Below are positions 9,819 to 19,403 of a stretch of 64,000 bases of DNA, one piece after another. The notes under the pieces are model-generated. The model was given only the letters and a program-made list of their open reading frames with translations, had not been told where the DNA came from and searched no databases. This DNA is from Escherichia phage ST2. Numbering within the stretch: the stretch's first letter is position 1; every line of letters begins with the position of its first letter. A program made the position numbers and the translations under genes. The stretch lies in the sequence record OM982647; one strand, given 5' to 3'.

Positions 9819-10184
9819 TTAGATATCGAATTCGTTAAGAACTACATCAAAGATTGCTTCGAGATGTTCAGGTTTAGCTCGGTTACTCAGGATATGACGA
9901 ATCCAAGTTTTAACCAGAAGTTTACGATTAACACCATTCCAGCAAGGATGAGTACCTAAATCACGTTGACGGAAATCGTCATCTAATGCAATTTTGAAGT
10001 TGGAACCTTCCATCGTGATTGAAACCGTGATGCCGTTTTCAAATCGCATATAAACGTAATTAGGAGTCATGCACTGTTCGATTTCACAAACTGAACCGTT
10101 ATTATGCTTCCATAAGCAAATAACTTCAGAAGAACCAGCGATACCGTTAGAAACATATTTACGTTCGAAGTTGGTGTAGTTCAT
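9819..10184 (-). CDS. Hypothetical protein
   Basis: 121-aa ORF with own early promoter. Confidence 0.45.
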   Translation of the reverse strand: MNYTNFERKYVSNGIAGSSEVICLWKHNNGSVCEIEQCMTPNYVYMRFENGITVSITMEGSNFKIALDDDFRQRDLGTHPCWNGVNRKLLVKTWIRHILSNRAKPEHLEAIFDVVLNEFDI

Positions 10185-10221
10185 TTTATTCTCCAGATGT
10201 TTAAGTTGTTTGTTGGTACAG

Positions 10222-10256
10222 GTCTATAATAACATAACCTGTACCAAAGTAAACAT
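10222..10256 (-). promoter_or_regulatory. T4-type early promoter with 8-bp inverted repeat flanking -10
   Basis: GTTTAC, 17-nt spacer, TATTAT; GGTACAGG/CCTGTACC arms at 10215..10245. Confidence 0.5.
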
Positions 10257-10258
10257 TT

Positions 10259-10630
10259 TTATTTGATTTTTGTCCACTTAGCTGAATCAATAACACCTTT
10301 TGCTTTAATCTTCTCAATTAATGACTCTGCGCGATTTCTGGCGTTTTCGTACCATACAACATCTTCAGAGTAACCAGTTTCTTCATCTTCGTAAGTTTTA
10401 GAACGAATACAGCCGTAAACTGTAGAATTCAGGCGGTAAATTTCACCAGTGAAAAAGTTTTCGATTTCGATATGATAACAAAAATCGTCTGAAGGGCCAT
10501 CAGGAGTTGTACAATAAACCACATCACCTTGAACTGAACGAACCATCCACTGTAACTCGTTAACAACTTGAGATTTATATCCATCATGGTCGCGGCATTT
10601 AATTGTAGCATTTAAATTGATAGTGTTCAT
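10259..10630 (-). CDS. Hypothetical protein
   Basis: 123-aa ORF with own early promoter. Confidence 0.45.
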   Translation of the reverse strand: MNTINLNATIKCRDHDGYKSQVVNELQWMVRSVQGDVVYCTTPDGPSDDFCYHIEIENFFTGEIYRLNSTVYGCIRSKTYEDEETGYSEDVVWYENARNRAESLIEKIKAKGVIDSAKWTKIK

Positions 10631-10664
10631 TTTATTCTCCGGTTGTTTTATTGATTAGGTGGTA

Positions 10665-10702
10665 CAAGTCTATAGTAACACATCCTACAGGAGAGTAAAC
10701 AT
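10665..10702 (-). promoter_or_regulatory. T4-type early promoter
   Basis: GTTTAC (10695..10700 revcomp), -10 TACTATAG. Confidence 0.45.
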
Positions 10703-10736
10703 CTTTTTAAACTTTTTCTGCCCTAAACGCACAAAA

Positions 10737-10754
10737 GGGAGACCGAAGTCTCCC
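10737..10754 (-). terminator. UUCG-tetraloop intrinsic terminator
   Basis: GGGAGAC-CGAA-GTCTCCC, followed by UUUU on transcript. Confidence 0.6.
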
Positions 10755-10759
10755 TAAAA

Positions 10760-10939
10760 TTATGCAACAACCTTTCCAAAACGAGAAGCATCATCTCGAA
10801 GAACTGCACGTGCTCTGCGCATGATCTTCTCAACTGTTTGATTAATACGAGAGTTCGACCCACGCTTGTATCCAGCGCGTTTAGAGGTACCATCAACTTT
10901 CTTTTCAACTGCTTTCTTTGCTTTAGCTTGTTTTGCCAT
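10760..10939 (-). CDS. Small basic protein, 59 aa (MAKQAKAKKAVEKK...), absent from ORF track
   Basis: ATG..TAA ORF translated by hand; lies between long non-coding stretch and strong terminator; track instead lists overlapping TTG-start ORF in another frame. Confidence 0.4.
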   Translation of the reverse strand: MAKQAKAKKAVEKKVDGTSKRAGYKRGSNSRINQTVEKIMRRARAVLRDDASRFGKVVA

Positions 10940-11202
10940 TATAAATTCTCTTTAAATGAAAATGCAGGACTTATTGACATTGCCTGCGCAAGCCCTCAAG
11001 GGGAACATAGGTTTTGAATATTTACCGACAGGATAACCATAAACCCGTCATCATACCAACCACGACTTAGACAGATAACCTTTTTCTGACGCGTGATAGT
11101 ACAAAATACATTCAAGAGGTACACCGTAAAACTGCCGGGGTCTTAAAACTATAATGATTCGCAAATCATTAATCAGACAGTTCGACGGCTCCTCGATTTA
11201 AC

Positions 11203-11451
11203 TTACTTCAGGGTAATAACAAAATGACGTACTGCTTTACGAGCCGCAGAAGCCAAAGGCTTAGCATATTTCAGTTCATCTTTTGCTTCCAGTTCAGAGG
11301 CCAATACAGCTTGGGCAGGGTTCAGATGTTTGAAATAACGCAGGATTTCCAATGCTTCGGCTTCAACATCAATAGATGCACCGTAGTTTTCGTGACCATT
11401 ATTCCATGCGTTTCGTTGCAGTTCAAGAGCGTGTTGTAATTGTTTAATCAT
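11203..11451 (-). CDS. rIII: rIII lysis-inhibition accessory protein
   Basis: 82 aa as in T4; position downstream of gene 31. Confidence 0.75.
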   Translation of the reverse strand: MIKQLQHALELQRNAWNNGHENYGASIDVEAEALEILRYFKHLNPAQAVLASELEAKDELKYAKPLASAARKAVRHFVITLK

Positions 11452-11567
11452 TTTAAATTCTCAATTCGAGATAATATTTAGTAGCCACGTTCGTCTGAAT
11501 TTCACCTTCTTTCGACAAGTCTCTCAGTTGTAGGCTACCGCTTAGAAGAGTGTTCTCTTCATATAGT

Positions 11568-11575
11568 TATTTATA
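11568..11575 (-). promoter_or_regulatory. Late promoter core TATAAATA
   Basis: Exact TATAAATA on minus strand immediately after gene 31 stop, about 115 nt upstream of rIII. Confidence 0.4.
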
Positions 11576-11908
11576 TCACTTATAAAGACACGGAATAGCT
11601 TTATAGTGGCATGTTACGAATTTCTGTTTAATTTCTTTAGGTTGTTTAAGTCCCAAAGCCACAAATGGATGTGGAACATTTCGAATTTGTCCAACTGGTA
11701 GTGGAGTCAAATCACCGACTTCAACAAAACCTTCAGGAACATCAGGACCTACAGAATGAACTACACATAGTTCAGGAACTTCACCTTGAACACGTTTACC
11801 AATCACAAGTCCTGATTCGGTAACTTCTTCATCACCTGCTTGAGCGGGTTCAGAAACCAGAATAACATATTCACCAACAGCACGAATTGGGAGTTGTACT
11901 TCAGACAT
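11576..11908 (-). CDS. 31: GroES-like co-chaperonin for capsid protein folding
   Basis: 110 aa; [34 protein letters not shown]... near-identical to T4 gp31 as I recall it. Confidence 0.9.
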   Translation of the reverse strand: MSEVQLPIRAVGEYVILVSEPAQAGDEEVTESGLVIGKRVQGEVPELCVVHSVGPDVPEGFVEVGDLTPLPVGQIRNVPHPFVALGLKQPKEIKQKFVTCHYKAIPCLYK

Positions 11909-11934
11909 CTTATTTCCTTGTTGTTTGACGATAG

Positions 11935-11965
11935 ATTAATAATACCATACTATTCGTAAAGCATA
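11935..11965 (-). promoter_or_regulatory. MotA-dependent middle promoter for gene 31
   Basis: Minus strand TATGCTTTAC (MotA box) then 12 nt then TATTAT. Confidence 0.5.
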
Positions 11966-12274
11966 TTACATAAGAAGCAAACGTTCAACCGGAGTACCAT
12001 CAACCGAAATTACTTTATCAAGGCGGAAAGAACGCCACTGACCTAACTCGGTATCGAATGCTCGAACTGATTCACGAGGTTCATAACGAACTTCTGTTGC
12101 CGGATTGTTATTTTCATATTTGACTTCAAGTTCATCGCGCGAAGCAAACATAGTGCGTACCTCGCCGTTAGCCTTTTCAAATACAACACAATGAACGCCT
12201 ACAGACAGAATAGTTTTAATACGTTCACGAAGAACCATAGTTTCTTGTTCAGTTAAAATCATATTATTCACCAC
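11966..12274 (-). CDS. Hypothetical protein (31.1/31.2 position)
   Basis: 102-aa ORF overlapping cd start region. Confidence 0.45.
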   Translation of the reverse strand: MVNNMILTEQETMVLRERIKTILSVGVHCVVFEKANGEVRTMFASRDELEVKYENNNPATEVRYEPRESVRAFDTELGQWRSFRLDKVISVDGTPVERLLLM

Positions 12275-12845
12275 AAAAGTTTCGAATTTGTTCCCAATTC
12301 AGAGAACGAAGATTATTACGAGAGTACTGAATTACTTCAATACCAGCTTGTTTTAGAATGTCGGCCCAATTTTCAGGAGATCTGTCATATAATTCTGCGT
12401 ATACAACCTTTTTAATACCTGACTGCGTAATAGCTTTAGTGCAATCAGGACACGGAGAAAGCGTAGTATATAACGTAGCACCTTCAATAGAATTACCTTT
12501 ACGAGCTGCAAACAAAATTGCATTCAATTCCGCATGGATTTCATTATTAGCAGACCATGCACTATGAGCGGCCCGATGTTCTTTAGCCAAAACAAAATTA
12601 TCCACCCGTCCAAATGCTGTAGTGCCTTCTTTATGCCCAGCAACGATGACCGGGCTTGGTTTATTCTTCAACCAACCGTTTTCGGATGCATGTTCGCAAC
12701 AGTTTGTACCACCTGAAGGAGAGCCATTATAACCTGTAGAAATAATGCGTCCATCTTTTTCAATGACGGCACCAACTTTCCATGAACAACATTTTGATTC
12801 TTGAGAAATCAGATATGCAATCTGAAGGTATGTGCTAGCTTTCAT
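12264..12845 (-). CDS. cd: dCMP deaminase
   Basis: 193 aa; zinc-binding CxxC / HAE motifs; N-terminus MKASTYLQIAYLISQESKCCSWKVGAVIEK as in T4. Confidence 0.9.
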   Translation of the reverse strand: MKASTYLQIAYLISQESKCCSWKVGAVIEKDGRIISTGYNGSPSGGTNCCEHASENGWLKNKPSPVIVAGHKEGTTAFGRVDNFVLAKEHRAAHSAWSANNEIHAELNAILFAARKGNSIEGATLYTTLSPCPDCTKAITQSGIKKVVYAELYDRSPENWADILKQAGIEVIQYSRNNLRSLNWEQIRNFCGE

Positions 12846-13837
12846 TATTGAACCTTATTAATATAAGTTAACAGCTCTTTAGTTTGTTCCCAACTGATGC
12901 ACGCATCGGTAATGGAAACGCCATAGGACATATTATCAGAAATTTTTTGATTTCCTTCATGTAGGAATGATTCTATCATAATTCCTTTGACCAAATCATT
13001 AGCTGCTAAATTTTTACCAATACCAATTTGATTGCTATAATGCCCATCAGCGTTTGCATGGCTACAGTCAACCATTACATAATGATTCAGACCTACTGCC
13101 CTTGCTTTGTTAGAAGCTTCTTGAATATCAGAAGAATGATAGTTCGGGCCGTTGGTCCCGCCACGCAATACGATATGCGTATTCTGATTACCTTCAGCTT
13201 CAACAATGCCTACAGTACCATCGACGTCCATACCCATATACCGATGAGGCCAGGCGGCACTATACATCGCGTCTGTAGCTACTTTAATAGAACCATTGGT
13301 TGCGTTCTTGAAGCCTACGCACATCGGTAGACCTGAAGCAATTTCACGATGTGTCTGACTTTCAGTCGTACGGGCGCCAATAGCAACCCATGAGAAAATA
13401 CCAGAAAGATACTTAATCGTGAATGGGTCTAATACTTCAGTTGCTAATGGAAGTCCCATACGTAGAAGTTTACGACACAATGTTCGTGCAACTATAAGAC
13501 CGTGGTTCATATCAAAACTTCCGTCAAGATATGGATCATTTACAAGACCTTTCCAACCTACGGTAGTTCGAGGCTTTTCAAAATAAACGCGCATCACTAA
13601 CAGAACATTAGGAAGACGAGTTTGAAGTTCAGCCAGACGTTTGCCGTATTCAACAGCAGCAATAGGGTCATGAATTGAACAAGGACCTACAACAATAAGT
13701 TTGCGTGGGTCTTCACCATTCATAATCGAATTAACTTGTTCGCGATGAGAAGCCACTTGTGATGCGTAAGCTTCCGACAAAGGAATAATCTCAGCCAGTT
13801 CTTTTGGAGAAATAAGTTTTCCGACGACAGGTAACAT
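12845..13837 (-). CDS. Class I DAHP synthase (3-deoxy-7-phosphoheptulonate synthase, AroG/F/H-like)
   Basis: 330 aa; FEKPRTTVGWKG, GARTTESQ, VMVDCSHAN, IMIESFLHEGNQ motifs, alignable by eye along its length to E. coli AroG. Confidence 0.8.
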   Translation of the reverse strand: MLPVVGKLISPKELAEIIPLSEAYASQVASHREQVNSIMNGEDPRKLIVVGPCSIHDPIAAVEYGKRLAELQTRLPNVLLVMRVYFEKPRTTVGWKGLVNDPYLDGSFDMNHGLIVARTLCRKLLRMGLPLATEVLDPFTIKYLSGIFSWVAIGARTTESQTHREIASGLPMCVGFKNATNGSIKVATDAMYSAAWPHRYMGMDVDGTVGIVEAEGNQNTHIVLRGGTNGPNYHSSDIQEASNKARAVGLNHYVMVDCSHANADGHYSNQIGIGKNLAANDLVKGIMIESFLHEGNQKISDNMSYGVSITDACISWEQTKELLTYINKVQ

Positions 13838-13957
13838 AACAATCCTTAGGAGATATAAACAGATTCTGATTCAACAATACCTTTAACCGGATTAGACAGG
13901 CTAAGTTGGTAGTGCTCAGATTTATGACCATTCTCGATAGTAATTAGATAGCTCTCA

Positions 13958-14194
13958 TTATAGTGTTCCATATACTCGAGTTGCTTCAACAAGACCATCA
14001 CTGCCTAATTTAAGATTAGTAATTTGGTCACCATCTTTAGGATTAACGATTATGAGAAAAGAACGTGGAGATTCTTGAATAACTCGTAATGTTGCATCCT
14101 GGAAACGTTCAGATACTTTATTAATCAAAGTCTGAGCGAACTCTTTTACTTTAACATGAAATTCTTGAAGCGTGATAGGTTTTTCACTTAACAT
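13958..14194 (-). CDS. Hypothetical protein
   Basis: 78-aa ORF; ATG with SD GAGGAAAACAGA. Confidence 0.45.
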   Translation of the reverse strand: MLSEKPITLQEFHVKVKEFAQTLINKVSERFQDATLRVIQESPRSFLIIVNPKDGDQITNLKLGSDGLVEATRVYGTL

Positions 14195-14220
14195 TCTGTT
14201 TTCCTCATTGTGTTGGTAGA

Positions 14221-14255
14221 GTCATAGTATCACAACTCCACCATGTTGTAAACTT
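14221..14255 (-). promoter_or_regulatory. T4-type early promoter
   Basis: GTTTACA then GTGATACTATG. Confidence 0.45.
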
Positions 14256-14529
14256 AAATTGCAAAACATTTAATTTCTTGTGAATCGAAATCAACTTCGC
14301 ACTGAATTACTAGTTCAGCATCAAGTCCAAACACAACAATCACATGAGCCGAGCTGGGCAACAGTGTAACAGACACAGAATCCACTTGGTCAGGCACCAG
14401 CGTATTCAAAACGTAGAGTAGTTCAGAGTGGATCTTAAGCTCGGTAGCCGTGTCCAGCTTATCAAAGAAATGATTTGCGATAATCTGACTAAAAACGACC
14501 TTTACAATTTCAGAATATTTAGGGAACAT
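14254..14529 (-). CDS. Hypothetical protein
   Basis: 91-aa ORF, SD GAGGTAATT. Confidence 0.45.
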   Translation of the reverse strand: MFPKYSEIVKVVFSQIIANHFFDKLDTATELKIHSELLYVLNTLVPDQVDSVSVTLLPSSAHVIVVFGLDAELVIQCEVDFDSQEIKCFAI

Positions 14530-14536
14530 AATTACC

Positions 14537-14761
14537 TCAGTGTACAGTATTTACTTTAACTCGAACAACAAATTGCTCGGTCGGTTCGCCTACAGGAACA
14601 AACTCTACATGATATTCGCCTTTGTAACGAGTATTCAGGTCGTTACGAATTTCGGTAAGCTTGTTGATTAATGTAGAACTCATATTAAGTCCCACTAGTT
14701 TACGAAGCATTTTGTATGCTTCATCTTCGATTTCATGATGTTTATCGCACATAGTTTTCAT
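14537..14761 (-). CDS. Hypothetical protein (start uncertain)
   Basis: 74-aa ORF. Confidence 0.4.
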   Translation of the reverse strand: MKTMCDKHHEIEDEAYKMLRKLVGLNMSSTLINKLTEIRNDLNTRYKGEYHVEFVPVGEPTEQFVVRVKVNTVH

Positions 14762-14932
14762 TTAACCATTCAATTGCCTGGTCGACGTTATCAAATATAC
14801 CACCGTCCAAACGTTCTTCATACTCATAGTCCAGCACATCAATACCGAACTGTCCATTTACTAAAGGCCAGGCTACAAACAAATATTCTTTATGCTGTTC
14901 GATGGCCTCAATCACTTCATATAATCGTTTCA

Positions 14933-14933
<1 letters not shown>
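14742..14933 (-). CDS. Hypothetical protein
   Basis: 63-aa ORF; ATG overlaps pseT stop (TAATG). Confidence 0.4.
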
Positions 14934-16019
<1,086 letters not shown>

Positions 16020-16020
<1 letters not shown>

Positions 16021-16319
16021 TATTTTATTCCTAAGAAAGTTTCAAGAATACGAATGTTATGCTCGCGCCGGTCTTTATTAATTTCAGCAACGTTTTTATT
16101 AATTGACGTACTTCTAACGTTTGAAGAAATAAATTTAATCATATGACTTTTGAGTTGTTGCAAATCCAACCCTTTTTCTTTAGCAGCTTTACGAAGAGCT
16201 TTACCTGCTTCATCTAGTGCCTTTGCTGCATCTTTATCATAATTGCCAAGTGACATTCCACGGCAGATATCAATATACTCATCCGACCGTTTGATGTAAT
16301 TCTCTAGTAATGTTTTCAT
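16020..16319 (-). CDS. Hypothetical protein
   Basis: 99-aa ORF, SD GAGGAAATCTAA. Confidence 0.45.
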
Positions 16320-16342
16320 TTAGATTTCCTCAATTATCCATA

Positions 16343-16379
16343 GGAGCATTATACTCTGCTCCCGAGAGTTTGTAAACTA
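16343..16379 (-). promoter_or_regulatory. T4-type early promoter with palindrome GGAGCA/TGCTCC flanking TATAAT
   Basis: GTTTACA, then TATAAT; near-identical copy at 44664..44700. Confidence 0.5.
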
Positions 16380-16601
16380 TTTTACTAAAGATTCAATATA
16401 CTCATGAAGAGCTTTAGTCGCTACTGCCCACTTATTCTGATATTCATTTTTCAGATTAGCACGAGACTGAACTAACAAGCGGTCATTAGTCGGAGGCAAA
16501 GATTCTAATCGTTGAATCTGGCGCCCATAAATCATAGCCGCCATTTCAGATTCATAGATAAGCCCTTTAATGTATTCATGCTGTTCTTTAGTCATTGGCA
16601 T
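16377..16601 (-). CDS. Hypothetical protein
   Basis: 74-aa ORF. Confidence 0.4.
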   Translation of the reverse strand: MPMTKEQHEYIKGLIYESEMAAMIYGRQIQRLESLPPTNDRLLVQSRANLKNEYQNKWAVATKALHEYIESLVK

Positions 16602-16882
16602 TTTTCCTCTTTTAAACCACTACGATAATAACATATCATAGTCTTCTGGTCATGTACATATCTTTTTACGTCATTTAACCAGATACGAAATTCTTGAGAG
16701 TCTTCAAACGGCATTCCAACCCATGGATTACCATCAATAACCTTTACTTGCCATTTCTGGTTATATTCAACAATAGATTCAGGCCATGACGGATGTAAAG
16801 TTTCTTTAGGGCTTAAGGGCACATCCTGGGCACATCCAGCCAAAATGCCAATAGATAATACAACTGCGGTTAATTTAATCAT
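16592..16882 (-). CDS. Outer-membrane spanin subunit (lipoprotein, Rz1-like)
   Basis: Signal peptide with lipobox LAGC; overlaps upstream i-spanin by 4 nt. Confidence 0.6.
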   Translation of the reverse strand: MIKLTAVVLSIGILAGCAQDVPLSPKETLHPSWPESIVEYNQKWQVKVIDGNPWVGMPFEDSQEFRIWLNDVKRYVHDQKTMICYYRSGLKEEKCQ

Positions 16883-17235
16883 TCTGAGAGCTTCCTGAGG
16901 TCTTCTGCAAAGGAATCGAAGGACTTGTTGATTTGTTTTTCGACCAATCCTGGTTTACTTGCCACCACGTTCTTCTTCTTCGAATCCTTACGGAGCTTTT
17001 CATTTTCGGCCTTAAGTTGGTCAACTAAAACACGGTTCTTATAAGTCATTTCTTCGATTGACTGATATTGAACCTTGAAGTCGTCTAATACTTTAGCATT
17101 GTTTTTAGCGGTCTCTTTGACAGAAGCTAATTCAGTATTCAACGAATCAACTTTGTTGTTTAAGACAACTATTGTTACCGTAGAAACTAGAGCAAAAGCT
17201 GCTACTATAGCATAAATCGGATTTACTTTAAGCAT
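16879..17235 (-). CDS. Inner-membrane spanin subunit (Rz-like)
   Basis: N-terminal TM helix then coiled-coil-rich periplasmic domain; paired with lipoprotein. Confidence 0.6.
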   Translation of the reverse strand: MLKVNPIYAIVAAFALVSTVTIVVLNNKVDSLNTELASVKETAKNNAKVLDDFKVQYQSIEEMTYKNRVLVDQLKAENEKLRKDSKKKNVVASKPGLVEKQINKSFDSFAEDLRKLSE

Positions 17236-17723
17236 GTTTTAATAATCTCAATGATTTCATCTCGGGATAATCCATTGATAAGAACGGTTTTCAAACCATC
17301 ACACTGGATTTTGTACGATTCAAACAATACACACAACTCTTCTGCTGTATGATACGGACTTGAAATTCCGAGGCGGTTGAATTTGTCGGTAAGAGGGTCG
17401 CAAATAATGTAGAATTTTATACCTGCGATATGTACGTTTGGTTGACTAATATTAATGAACACATTAGCGTCATATTTAGTCAAATTGTTTTGAAGAAATT
17501 CTACCATGGCATTAACTGCTTCCGGCATTGCTTCACGTTTCTCTTCAGCGTATCGGGTGGAATACTCTTTTTGTTTTACTTTCTTTTTAAGATTTTTGGC
17601 CAGTGTAACACGTAGGTCAGTAAGATAACCAACTGGACGTCCTTTCTTAAAGACCCGGATTCCGTCAGTTGTATCTCCAAAAGCGGTTACGACCATATCG
17701 TTAGTAATCAATTGCATATTCAT
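17223..17723 (-). CDS. alc: Alc-like transcription-termination protein for cytosine-containing DNA
   Basis: 166 aa after trimming to ATG with SD GAGGAG (track start extends through promoter); position between rnlA and pseT as in T4. Confidence 0.55.
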   Translation of the reverse strand: MNMQLITNDMVVTAFGDTTDGIRVFKKGRPVGYLTDLRVTLAKNLKKKVKQKEYSTRYAEEKREAMPEAVNAMVEFLQNNLTKYDANVFINISQPNVHIAGIKFYIICDPLTDKFNRLGISSPYHTAEELCVLFESYKIQCDGLKTVLINGLSRDEIIEIIKTCLK

Positions 17724-17749
17724 AATTTTCTCCTCGTGTTGTTGATAAA

Positions 17750-17784
17750 AGCCATAGTAACACCTTCCTTGGTGTTTGTAAACC
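17750..17784 (-). promoter_or_regulatory. T4-type early promoter
   Basis: GTTTACA then GTGTTACTATGG. Confidence 0.45.
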
Positions 17785-17785
17785 A

Positions 17786-18919
<1,134 letters not shown>

Positions 18920-18924
18920 TCAGT

Positions 18925-18966
18925 TAGTTTTTTTTAAATTGTACCACAATCCTTGTGGTGTGTAAA
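18925..18966 (-). promoter_or_regulatory. T4-type early promoter with CCACAA/TTGTGG inverted repeat in spacer
   Basis: GTTTACA, 17-nt spacer, TACAAT. Confidence 0.5.
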
Positions 18967-19377
18967 CTACTTTTTCTTATGTTGGATATTCCAAGGCGGG
19001 TTGAACTTTTTGATAAAAAGCGGTTCTTCAAGGTCCATTGTTGCGATGGTCATTGAACCAAGTTCGTTGGTGACTGAAAGGTCAAAACATTGGCGGGCCC
19101 AGAATTCAACCTTTTTTCCTTGCATTAAGGCATCCAAAATCATAAGTGATTTTCTTGAATCTGAAGTCTGGTCTTTTCGATTTATGGCTGTTCGATAATA
19201 GTTAATGCGTTTCTTTAAATTCTTGGTTTTACCAATATACACAAGTTCGTCATCTATAGCAATAGCGTATATGACATTTTTCTTATTAGGGACATCAACT
19301 GTTTTAATTGTTGCATCTTCTAATAGCTCCAATTCTGTATATTTAATAAAGGAATATTCGGCGGCAATATCTTTCAT
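18967..19377 (-). CDS. denA: Endonuclease II (GIY-YIG family)
   Basis: 136 aa as in T4; GIY-YIG-like VYIGKTKNLKKRINYY; position after nrdB. Confidence 0.7.
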   Translation of the reverse strand: MKDIAAEYSFIKYTELELLEDATIKTVDVPNKKNVIYAIAIDDELVYIGKTKNLKKRINYYRTAINRKDQTSDSRKSLMILDALMQGKKVEFWARQCFDLSVTNELGSMTIATMDLEEPLFIKKFNPPWNIQHKKK

Positions 19378-19385
19378 AATAAAGT

Positions 19386-19399
19386 GGGACCGAAGTCCC
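19386..19399 (-). terminator. UUCG-tetraloop hairpin
   Basis: GGGAC-CGAA-GTCCC between nrdB and denA. Confidence 0.45.
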
Positions 19400-19403
19400 G
19401 TCC

